DNA of 64,000 nt from Patescibacteria group bacterium (GTDB lineage: Bacteria > Patescibacteriota > Patescibacteriia > UBA9934 > GWF2-40-263), in NCBI GenBank assembly GCA_041661745.1, contig JBAZTR010000003.1, forward strand, positions 11,965-75,964. Reading direction: 5' to 3'. Below are positions 47,112 to 55,443 of the stretch, piece after piece. A model generated the notes under the pieces. The model saw nothing but the letters and a program-made list of their open reading frames with translations. It was not told where the DNA came from and did not search any database. Each line of letters opens with the position of its first letter. Within the stretch, counting starts at the first letter, position 1. The translations under genes and the position numbers were made by a program.

Positions 47112-47218
47112 ATTGTGTTAGGGAAAGGGAGTTAAAGGGAAAGAAAGGGAGGGAACGGGAGGGAAAGAAGATAAAATTTCCTTCTCTTTAATTCCCTTTT
47201 CATCTCTTTCCTTCTCTT
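47112..47218. repeat. Polypurine (GGGAAAGGGAGTTAAAGGGAAAGAAAGGGAGGGAACGGGAGGGAAAGAAG) / polypyrimidine (TTCCTTCTCTTTAATTCCCTTTTCATCTCTTTCCTTCTCTTC) mirror repeat in the ileS leader
   Basis: Seen directly in the sequence. Potential long imperfect hairpin or H-DNA. No T-box motifs seen. Confidence 0.6.
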
Positions 47219-47385
47219 CTAAAAACTGGGCAAATAATAACATTTATAGGCAAAAATGACAAATTTGTGAGATAAAAAACCGCGTGGCCGTGAAGCCATG
47301 CGGGAGGGGAGGGTGGATGCGAGAGTGTCCAAGGTCCAAGGAACCAAGAGCCATGCCAAGGGCAGAGGGCCAAAGAATCCCAGGG

Positions 47386-47958
47386 CTAGGAAACCTTGCG
47401 GAGAGCGAGGAAGCGGCAATGGGCATCCCAGTCGTCAGCGCCGTGGTCGATGTACAGGCGGCGCTCGCGGTCACCGCGATAGAGACAAGGGAAGAACAGG
47501 CGGCCGTGGCGGCGCCAGGCCTGGCCCAGAGCCACGATGGGGTAATTCCTCTGTTCCTCGGGGCACTTGGCTCCGTAGGCGAGGAGCTCAGCCGCCGAGG
47601 CGGGGATGACCCCCAACTGTTCGATCTCGTGGAGAGCTTCGTTGGTCGAGGCTCGACCGAGGTAGACGAGTACGGGCTCGTACTTGATCACGCCGGTGGA
47701 CTTGTTCGGGAAGTGCTCGGCCGTGACATCCATATCGCGACAGTTGTAGTGGCCGGCCGCGACCATCGCCTCGAAGGCGAGGTCATAGTTGACTTCGAGA
47801 ACGGAGTCCTCGAACCGCCCTTCGATGATGGCTTGGAGGGCGAGGCTGAGCTGCGCCGGGCTGAACGGGTAGCCGCCCCTCTGCCGGAGCTGGCGCTTGA
47901 TCTCAGTGAGCTGGCCGTCCAGATCGTAATACTGTTCGCCGGTGACGATGGGCGCCAT
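47386..47958 (-). CDS. Hypothetical protein D (190 aa) in high-GC island 4
   Basis: GGGAGA 6 nt before ATG 47958 (MAPIVTGEQYYDLDGQL...). GC3-rich. The antisense 260-aa ORF is rejected. Confidence 0.45.
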   Translation of the reverse strand: MAPIVTGEQYYDLDGQLTEIKRQLRQRGGYPFSPAQLSLALQAIIEGRFEDSVLEVNYDLAFEAMVAAGHYNCRDMDVTAEHFPNKSTGVIKYEPVLVYLGRASTNEALHEIEQLGVIPASAAELLAYGAKCPEEQRNYPIVALGQAWRRHGRLFFPCLYRGDRERRLYIDHGADDWDAHCRFLALRKVS

Positions 47959-48263
47959 GACGAATCTCCCTTTGTTGTGGCTTATGCCCGCCAGCGCCGT
48001 ATGCGCCGACAGACCTTCGCCGTCGTAGACCAGTTGTTGTCCCGATCTTCTTTCAAATTTCCTTAGAAAAACCTGAAAGAAAACCGCGAATTTAACGACT
48101 GACAATAACACAAAGTGACTGATTTGTCAATTCAAAACCCCTTCATCCTCCCTTGCCCTCCATAGCTCGCCTTGAGCGACGGAGGGTTCGTCCCCTTCAA
48201 CCTCTTCGTCCCCCAGCGCCCGCCATAGCCCAGCGAAGGCGGGTTTGATACAATACAAACTGT

Positions 48264-48710
48264 ATGACTCAAAAAATCTACCTTGGTGCCGACCATGCCG
48301 GTTGGGAACGCAAGGAAAAAGTTAAAGAATGGCTGGCTGCCGATGGTTTGGCTGTGGAGGATTTAAGCAACCCCGAACTTAACCAAGCTGATGATTATCC
48401 GGACGTGGCTTTCAGGGTGTCCGAACGAGTGGTGGGCGACGAAGAGGCTTTGGGAATCCTAATTTGCGGCAGTGGTATTGGAATGTGTATGGCCGCCAAC
48501 AAGGTGAAAGGAATTCGTGCGGCCACGGTATATAATGTATGGGCAGCCGAGGCGAGTCGAAAGGACAACAACGCTAATGTTCTTTGTTTGCCAGGGCGAG
48601 TCCTTGATGACGAGGAGGAAAAAGAAATTATTAAGGTCTGGCTTGTGACAAATTTCTCCGGCGAGGAGCGGCACAAGAGAAGAATAAAAAAAATTAACAG
48701 TTATGTCTGA
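48264..48710 (+). CDS. rpiB: Ribose-5-phosphate isomerase B
   Basis: LGADHAGWERKEKV...ILICGSGIGMCMAANK. Confidence 0.85.
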   Translation: MTQKIYLGADHAGWERKEKVKEWLAADGLAVEDLSNPELNQADDYPDVAFRVSERVVGDEEALGILICGSGIGMCMAANKVKGIRAATVYNVWAAEASRKDNNANVLCLPGRVLDDEEEKEIIKVWLVTNFSGEERHKRRIKKINSYV

Positions 48711-49356
48711 GATAATTCCGGCTATTCTTGCCAACTCGAAACAGGAATTTGAAGAAAAATTACGTATCGCCGAAAAATTTGCTCCGGTAATCCAAATCGA
48801 TATTCTTGATGGCACGCTCTTCCCTTTTTCCAATTGGCATGACGCGGAGGCGGTGGCGGCCATGGAAACCCCGGCATCTTTTGAACTGCATTTAATGGTT
48901 AATAATCCTTTACCGATAATTGCCGAGTGGGTGGCGAAGGTTCCAAATGTTAAACGAGCCATCATCCACGCCGAAATCGAACGACCGCTTGGAAAAATTT
49001 TGGAAGAAATCCACGTGACTCACTTAATCGAGGCTGGTGTGGCCATAAACCCGGAAACGCCACTTGAAGAAATTCACGCTGTTTTACCTGACCTTGATGC
49101 TTTAATGATTATGTCAGTTCACCCCGGACAGGCCGGACAAAAATTTGAAGGTGACTATATTCTAGAAAAAATCAAAAATGCCAAAAGCCGCGCTCCTGAG
49201 CTTAAAATCGAGGTTGATGGTGGGGTTACAATCGAGCTTATCCCCAGTCTAAAAAAAGCCGGAGCAACACGCTTTGCTGTAAATTCCGTGCTTTTTAAAG
49301 CGGAAAACAAGGAATTGGCTTGGAAAAACTTAAATGAAGCCCTTCAAACCATTTAA
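48703..49356 (+). CDS. rpe: Ribulose-phosphate 3-epimerase
   Basis: IQIDILDGTLFP...MIMSVHPGQAGQKFEG. 8-nt overlap with rpiB. Confidence 0.8.
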   Translation: MSEIIPAILANSKQEFEEKLRIAEKFAPVIQIDILDGTLFPFSNWHDAEAVAAMETPASFELHLMVNNPLPIIAEWVAKVPNVKRAIIHAEIERPLGKILEEIHVTHLIEAGVAINPETPLEEIHAVLPDLDALMIMSVHPGQAGQKFEGDYILEKIKNAKSRAPELKIEVDGGVTIELIPSLKKAGATRFAVNSVLFKAENKELAWKNLNEALQTI

Positions 49357-49396
49357 AAAAAGTGTTATAATAAAATGGATAAAATTTTAAAAACTT

Positions 49397-50191
49397 ATGT
49401 TCAAAAAAATATTTTTCGCTCTCACTGCTTTTGCTTTAATCATTAGTAACATGGGACTAGCCCGACCAGTCGCGGCCGCCACGGCTTTGGCTGATCTTGA
49501 GGCCGGCGATTTAATTCGCGGACAATCGCTTTCCGCTGTTTACTACTTTGCCAAAGACGGTTTCCGTTATGTTTTCCCGAACGACAAAACTTATTTTACC
49601 TGGTACACCAATTTCGATAGCGTAAAATGGTTGTCCGACGCTGATCTTGGCAAACTACAAATCGGCGGCAATGTTACCTACAAGCCGGGAACCAAAATGA
49701 TCAAAATCAACAGCGATCCAAAAACTTATGCGGTTGGTGAAGACGGCACCTTGCACTGGGTAACCACGGAAGCGGTGGCCATTTCCCTTTATGGTTCAAA
49801 CTGGAACACCAAAATTGATGACGTTCCGGATGGCTTCTTCTCTAACTACACCATGGGTTCTGATATTGCCGAGACCGGCGATTTCTCCCCGGCTAACGAA
49901 ACAGCCTCGGCCACCAACATTGATTCTGACAAGAGTCTGAAAGCTCCATACATCATCAATTTAACCGACAGCGGCTATTCTGACACTGATGTAACCATCG
50001 ATGCTGGCCGAGCGATCAAGTTCACGAACACCGGCAGCTCCAAGCACACGGCTACAGCCGAAGATTTGACCTGGGGTTCCGGAACCTTGAACGCTGGCGA
50101 TTCCTTCATTCGTTACTTTAACGATGCCGAAACGATTGAATACTTCTGCAGCTATCATTCCTCAGAGACCGGAACAATTACCGTTGAATAG
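49397..50191 (+). CDS. Secreted protein: signal peptide, conserved ~110-aa domain (shared with 28610-31345 and 37880-39580), C-terminal cupredoxin-like region
   Basis: ..NSDPKTYAVGEDGTLHWVTTEAVAISLYGSNWN.. C-terminus ..HTATAEDLTWG..YFCSYHSSETGTITV. Confidence 0.6.
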   Translation: MFKKIFFALTAFALIISNMGLARPVAAATALADLEAGDLIRGQSLSAVYYFAKDGFRYVFPNDKTYFTWYTNFDSVKWLSDADLGKLQIGGNVTYKPGTKMIKINSDPKTYAVGEDGTLHWVTTEAVAISLYGSNWNTKIDDVPDGFFSNYTMGSDIAETGDFSPANETASATNIDSDKSLKAPYIINLTDSGYSDTDVTIDAGRAIKFTNTGSSKHTATAEDLTWGSGTLNAGDSFIRYFNDAETIEYFCSYHSSETGTITVE

Positions 50192-50257
50192 TTTTTCCAA
50201 AATCGCGGCAGCGCCCATAGCGCTTCCGCGATTTTTTGTTACAATGTAAACCATGGT

Positions 50258-51829
50258 ATGAGAATCCAACGAAATACTATTATAACCCTGGTGGTTTTTA
50301 TTTTTATCGCCGCTCTTTTGATAATTTTTGAAAGTCGAGCAAACTTCCCTGATCCAGATTCTTTTTATCACGCCAAAATGGCGACAATTATTCGTGATCA
50401 AGGTTTTATTGAGACTTTTCCTTGGTTCCAGTGGACTGATTTAAAAAACACTTACGTTAATCCGCATCTTCTTTATCATGTTTTACTAATTCCTTTTGTT
50501 ACAGTTTTTAATCCCCTGGTTGGAATAAAAATTTCGGCCGTGATCTTTGGCTTATTAGCCTTCTTAGCCATATATCTAGCTGCCCGCTCCTTTAAAGCGC
50601 CTCACCCCTGGCTTTTCCCGTTGGCCGCCGCACTTTCACAAAGCTTTATCTTCCGAATGTCCCTGCCCCGCGCCCCGGCCTTATCTGTCGTTGTCCTAAT
50701 TATGGCCACTTGGGCCATGATGAAGAAAAGAACTAAAACTTTATTTTTTGTCTCGATTATTTTTGCTTGGCTTTACCACGGTTGGCCAATAATTTTCTTG
50801 TCACTTGGTGCGTTATTCGTCGCTGACTTTTTAACCAGCACAATTAACAGGGAAAAATCGTTTTGGCACCTTTTTAAAAAAACTATCAGCCGACAAAAAG
50901 AAAATATCGCGGCCACAAGCGCCGGAATTTTAGCCGGCATGGTCATAAATCCATACTTTCCAGAGAATATTGCCTTTAGTGTCTTAGATATTTTTAAAAT
51001 TGGCGTCGTTAATTATCAGTCCTTGTTACCAGTCGGCCAAGAATGGTTTCCTATTTCTCTTGGCGGTTTTTTAACCGGTTGTTTTCCGGCTCTTTTGGTG
51101 ACCGGTCTAACTCTGGCTTTTTTTGTCCCTGGTTTAATTTCCAACAAAAAAATACCACCCTTTGACCAAACCGTCTCGATCTTCACTTTTTTGTTTTTAG
51201 CCGGCGGTTATTCTGTTTTATGTTTTAAAGCCAATCGTTATGTCGAATACGCCGTGCCTTTCATGGTTTTGGAAGCGGCTGTCTTAATGCCTTTTACTAT
51301 TTCTTTTTGGCAACAAGAACTATGGCCGGTTCTTAATGAGGTCCTAAAAAAAGGCCGAATAAAAAAGATAGCTATTATCACTCTTCTCTCAATAACTATC
51401 TTGGGATTGGCCGCCGGGGCGATTCAGACAACGACTGGGAGTAACGACTACTACCAAGCTAAACAATACGAACCGGCAACAGAATGGATTAAAAACCACG
51501 TCCCGGCCGGCGAAAATGTTTTTCACAACAGCTGGGATTATTCGCTGATCCTGTGGTATCTCGACGACACTCATTATTATTTAGCCGGCCTTGATCCGAC
51601 TTTCATGTATGACTATAACAAAGAAGACTACGAGTCGTGGTGGAAGTTGTCGACCGGCGAAGACAAAGATGTGTCAAAAATAATCTATCTTTTTAAGGCT
51701 CGGGTAGTTATAATCGATAAACGTTTCGGAACAGCCGAAACTTTTGGCAAAAATCTAATTACCTCCGGTCTGTTTGAAAAAGTGGTGGAAAACGAATGGC
51801 TTGAGGTCTATGCCGATACAACTTTATGA
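50258..51829 (+). CDS. GT-C-fold membrane glycosyltransferase (PMT/ArnT-like; family assignment tentative)
   Basis: 523 aa, about 12 TM segments, N-terminal loop with DPDSFYH. Confidence 0.5.
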   Translation: MRIQRNTIITLVVFIFIAALLIIFESRANFPDPDSFYHAKMATIIRDQGFIETFPWFQWTDLKNTYVNPHLLYHVLLIPFVTVFNPLVGIKISAVIFGLLAFLAIYLAARSFKAPHPWLFPLAAALSQSFIFRMSLPRAPALSVVVLIMATWAMMKKRTKTLFFVSIIFAWLYHGWPIIFLSLGALFVADFLTSTINREKSFWHLFKKTISRQKENIAATSAGILAGMVINPYFPENIAFSVLDIFKIGVVNYQSLLPVGQEWFPISLGGFLTGCFPALLVTGLTLAFFVPGLISNKKIPPFDQTVSIFTFLFLAGGYSVLCFKANRYVEYAVPFMVLEAAVLMPFTISFWQQELWPVLNEVLKKGRIKKIAIITLLSITILGLAAGAIQTTTGSNDYYQAKQYEPATEWIKNHVPAGENVFHNSWDYSLILWYLDDTHYYLAGLDPTFMYDYNKEDYESWWKLSTGEDKDVSKIIYLFKARVVIIDKRFGTAETFGKNLITSGLFEKVVENEWLEVYADTTL

Positions 51830-52554
51830 GATTTTCCCTTGTTATCCCGGCTCACAATGAAGAAATCGACATAAAACAAAGCATCGAGACGACTATTTTA
51901 TTTCTACAAAATAAATTTTCTGATGGTGATTGGGAAATCGTGATTGCCGAAAACGGATCAACTGATGAGACACGGGGGATTGTCCAGGACCTAGAAAAAA
52001 AATATACCAATCTTCGATTATTGATTATTCCGACGGCTGGTAAAGGCTGGGCTGTCCGGCAAGCTTGGGACACAGCCACGGCCGAACTGTTAATTTTTAT
52101 GGACGCGGACTTGGCGACCGATTTAAAACACCTACCGGATTTAATTGAAGCCTTAAAAGACAACGACTTGGTTATCGGAACACGTCGTTATCCTTCTTCA
52201 CAAGTCAGCCGCTCGTGGCAAAGATCTTTAACTTCTTTTTTATACAACCGTTTGGCTCGTATTATTCTTTCTCTTCCCTTCTCTGATTTGCAATGCGGTT
52301 TTAAAGGAATCAAAAAAACCGCCTGGCAAAAAATTTCGCCGTATTTTACCTCAACTGGATTCTTTTTTGACACCGAGCTTTTAGCTCTGGCCAATAAATT
52401 TAAACTAAAGACCGCGGAACAACCAATTACCTGGAAAGAGCATCGCAATAAAAAAAATAAGAGTAAGGTTCGCCTCGTGAAAACCGGAAAAGAGCTAATA
52501 AAAAATTTATTGTCTCTTAAAAAACGGCTGACCCGCCTTCGCCCCTCTTTATAA
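51826..52554 (+). CDS. Family-2 glycosyltransferase (polyprenyl-phosphate sugar synthase, DPM1-like)
   Basis: VIPAHNEE...ENGSTDET...FMDADLATD (DxD). 4-nt overlap with the upstream GT-C gene. Confidence 0.8.
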   Translation: MRFSLVIPAHNEEIDIKQSIETTILFLQNKFSDGDWEIVIAENGSTDETRGIVQDLEKKYTNLRLLIIPTAGKGWAVRQAWDTATAELLIFMDADLATDLKHLPDLIEALKDNDLVIGTRRYPSSQVSRSWQRSLTSFLYNRLARIILSLPFSDLQCGFKGIKKTAWQKISPYFTSTGFFFDTELLALANKFKLKTAEQPITWKEHRNKKNKSKVRLVKTGKELIKNLLSLKKRLTRLRPSL

Positions 52555-52599
52555 AATTGACCAATTAGGCTCCGGCGAGGTAAATGTGCTAAAATAGGA

Positions 52600-53466
52600 A
52601 TGCTTATGCATTTCTTACATGATAATAAACTGAAAAAAATGGAAGAAACGGCAGTTTTGATTCGTGAGGATATCATCAAAATGTTAACCGCGGCCGGCTC
52701 GGGCCATTCGGCCGGAACCTTGGGGTTAGCGGATATTTTCACGGCTTTTTATTTTCATATTTTGAAGCATGATCCTAAAAAACCGAATTGGTCCGAACGC
52801 GATCGTTTAATTCTTTCCAACGGTCATGTCTGTCCGGTGCGTTACGCGGCCATGGCCCGGGCCGGTTATTTTCCTAAAGAAAAATTGGTCACCCTGCGCC
52901 GATTTGGTTCACCTTTACAGGGCCATCCTGAACTCGATCGCTTGCCTGGTGTGGAAACCACCTCCGGGCCGTTGGGCGAAGGTTCGTCACAAGCAGTTGG
53001 TTTGGCTTATGCCGCTAAAATGGATAAGGCCAAATGGCGCGTTTACTGTGTCCTCTCTGATGCCGAATTACAAGAAGGTCAAACTTGGGAGGCCTTTATG
53101 TTCGCGGCCAAATATAAACTGAATAATTGCACTTTTATTGTTGATCGTAATTTTATTCAAATTGGGGGCAACACCGAAGAGGTTATGCCACTAGAACCGT
53201 TGGCTAAAAAATTCCGGGCTTTTGGCCTGCATGTGGAAGAATGCGCCGGTAACAACATTGGTGATTTTGTTAACGCCGTAAATCGCGCTCAACAAGTTAG
53301 CGATTATCCGACAATAATTATTGCCTACACTATTCCCGGCTGTGGCGTTGAATTTATGGAAGGTCAGTTTGAATGGCATGGTCGCGTGCCAAATGTTACC
53401 GAGGCTAAACAGGCTTTGGGTGAACTGCACACCTTACAAGGACAATTAAAAAATTTTCATCACTAA
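52600..53466 (+). CDS. tktA: Transketolase, N-terminal (TPP-binding) subunit
   Basis: GSGHSAGTLGLADIF...LSNGH...GPLGEGS. Confidence 0.85.
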   Translation: MLMHFLHDNKLKKMEETAVLIREDIIKMLTAAGSGHSAGTLGLADIFTAFYFHILKHDPKKPNWSERDRLILSNGHVCPVRYAAMARAGYFPKEKLVTLRRFGSPLQGHPELDRLPGVETTSGPLGEGSSQAVGLAYAAKMDKAKWRVYCVLSDAELQEGQTWEAFMFAAKYKLNNCTFIVDRNFIQIGGNTEEVMPLEPLAKKFRAFGLHVEECAGNNIGDFVNAVNRAQQVSDYPTIIIAYTIPGCGVEFMEGQFEWHGRVPNVTEAKQALGELHTLQGQLKNFHH

Positions 53467-53476
53467 CCACAAACAT

Positions 53477-54433
53477 ATGAAGCAAAGAACTAAATGGATT
53501 CTAGCCGCCGCGGCCGCGGTTATTGTCCTAATCCCGATTATAATTATTGCGGCGGCCGTGGTGTCGGTTATTGGCTCGTCCAGTTCCTCAAGCTCGGTCG
53601 GCACATACCGTTCCGTGTCCGATGGACAATTCGCCCTAACCAGCGATAACGCCGAAATGGCAGTAACGGCCAGTGCTCCTTCGAGCAGTAGAGACATGAT
53701 GTTTTTTGAAGAACCAACGGCCGGCAGTACGGCCGCCGAGGTTGATCAAAAAATCATCAAGACTGGTTATTTAGAAATGGTCGTTGATTCAGCCAACGAA
53801 GCGGCAACAAAAATTTCCGCTTTAGCCACCGGCATGGGCGGCTATACCCAAGACTCGTCAATTTCCGAAGATGAAAGCGGCATCAAATACGGCACGGTCA
53901 CTGTTCGCCTACCGACTGATGTTTTTGAAAACGCCATGACTGAAATTAAAAAGATTGCTGTCTCGGTCGCGACCGAGTCGTCCAATGCTCAAGATGTCAC
54001 CGAAGAATACACTGACTTAGAGGCACAACTTAAAAACGCTCAAGCTCAAGAGACAGAATATTTAGAAATTCTTAAAAAAGCCGAAAGCGTGGAAGATATT
54101 CTTTCCGTTCAATCTTATTTGGGAAATATCCGCAGCCAAATCGAATCCCTTCAAGGTCGGATTAAATATTTGAGTAACTTAACCAGCTACTCGACCATCA
54201 CCACTTATCTTTCGGAAGATCCGACAATAAATATTCCTTCGAAAGAATTCCGCCCATGGGCCGCCATAAAGGAAGCGGCACAGGCTGTAGTTTCTGTTCT
54301 CCAAGGTCTGGTTATCACACTGATTTGGCTGGTAATTATGGGGGTGGGTGTTCTAGCTCCGATTGCTCTCGTTATCTGGTTGGTCGTTTGGGTGGTTAAA
54401 AAGATCTGGCGCAATCGCCGCAGCAAAAAATAA
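53477..54433 (+). CDS. DUF4349-like membrane-anchored protein inserted between the transketolase halves
   Basis: N- and C-terminal TM helices, poly-Ser linker, central TGYLEMVVDS...YGTVTVRLPTDVFENAMTEIKKIA. Confidence 0.6.
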   Translation: MKQRTKWILAAAAAVIVLIPIIIIAAAVVSVIGSSSSSSSVGTYRSVSDGQFALTSDNAEMAVTASAPSSSRDMMFFEEPTAGSTAAEVDQKIIKTGYLEMVVDSANEAATKISALATGMGGYTQDSSISEDESGIKYGTVTVRLPTDVFENAMTEIKKIAVSVATESSNAQDVTEEYTDLEAQLKNAQAQETEYLEILKKAESVEDILSVQSYLGNIRSQIESLQGRIKYLSNLTSYSTITTYLSEDPTINIPSKEFRPWAAIKEAAQAVVSVLQGLVITLIWLVIMGVGVLAPIALVIWLVVWVVKKIWRNRRSKK

Positions 54434-54436
54434 ATT

Positions 54437-55405
54437 ATGTCGATAAAGTTTCGACAAAAACCGAACTTTAAACACGCCGCCACCCGTGATGGTTTTGGCG
54501 AGGGGCTACTTGAAGCTGGCAAAAAAAATAAAAGAATCGTCGTCCTTTCGGCCGACCTGACTGAATCAACCCGTTGTTTGCCTTTCAAAACAAAATTTCC
54601 GGAAAGATTCATTCAGCTTGGCGTGGCCGAACAATCCATGGCCTCGATTGCCGCGGGCTTGGCTTTGGGTGGAAAAATTCCGTTCATTACAAGCTACGCA
54701 ATCTTCTCCCCCGGTCGCAATTGGGAACAAATTCGCACCAACATTGCTCTGCAAAAAACCAATGTTAAAATCATTGGCAGTCATGCTGGTTTAAACGTCG
54801 GCGCCGATGGCGCGACTCACCAAATGTTGGAAGACATTGCCTTAACTCGTGTCCTCCCCAACATGACTGTGATCGTTCCCTGCGACGCCCTCGAGGCTAG
54901 AAAAGCTACACTGGCTGCGGCCACCATCAAAGGGCCAGTTTACTTGCGACTAACTCGCGAGCCGTCGCCGGTGTTTACCAAACCATTAACCCCGTTCAAA
55001 GTTGGCCGAGCCGAAACTTTTTATAAAGGTAACGACGCAACAATTATCGCGGCTGGCCCGATTCTCTTCGAAGCTCTCAAAGCCGCGGTAAATCTGAAAC
55101 AAAAAAACGGAATAAACGTTCGGGTAATAAATTGTCACACTATTAAGCCGCTCGACACAAAGACAATTCTTGCCGCCGCCAAACAAACCGGGGCTATTGT
55201 CACGGTCGAAGAACATATGGTGGCCGGTGGCCTTGGTAGCGCTGTGGCCGAACTTCTGGCTGAACATTGTCCGGTACCAATGGAATTTGTCGGGGTCAAA
55301 GACAAATTTGGTGAATCTGGCAAACCCGAAGAACTGTTAGAAAAGTATGGCTTGAAGGCTAAGGACATCATGGCCGCCGCAATAAAAGTTATCAAAAGAA
55401 AGTAA
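54437..55405 (+). CDS. tktB: Transketolase, C-terminal (pyrimidine-binding) subunit
   Basis: FIQLGVAEQSMASIAAGLALGGKIPF...GADGATHQMLEDIAL. Confidence 0.85.
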   Translation: MSIKFRQKPNFKHAATRDGFGEGLLEAGKKNKRIVVLSADLTESTRCLPFKTKFPERFIQLGVAEQSMASIAAGLALGGKIPFITSYAIFSPGRNWEQIRTNIALQKTNVKIIGSHAGLNVGADGATHQMLEDIALTRVLPNMTVIVPCDALEARKATLAAATIKGPVYLRLTREPSPVFTKPLTPFKVGRAETFYKGNDATIIAAGPILFEALKAAVNLKQKNGINVRVINCHTIKPLDTKTILAAAKQTGAIVTVEEHMVAGGLGSAVAELLAEHCPVPMEFVGVKDKFGESGKPEELLEKYGLKAKDIMAAAIKVIKRK

Positions 55406-55443
55406 ACAAAAAAACACTCCGAGAAATCGGGGTGTTTTTGTTT

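Noticed and set aside
47284-48066. Plus-strand 260-aa ORF across island 4
   Set aside because: Antisense to the SD-preceded minus-strand gene. Arg/Gly/Ala-rich low-complexity translation typical of the wrong strand of high-GC DNA.
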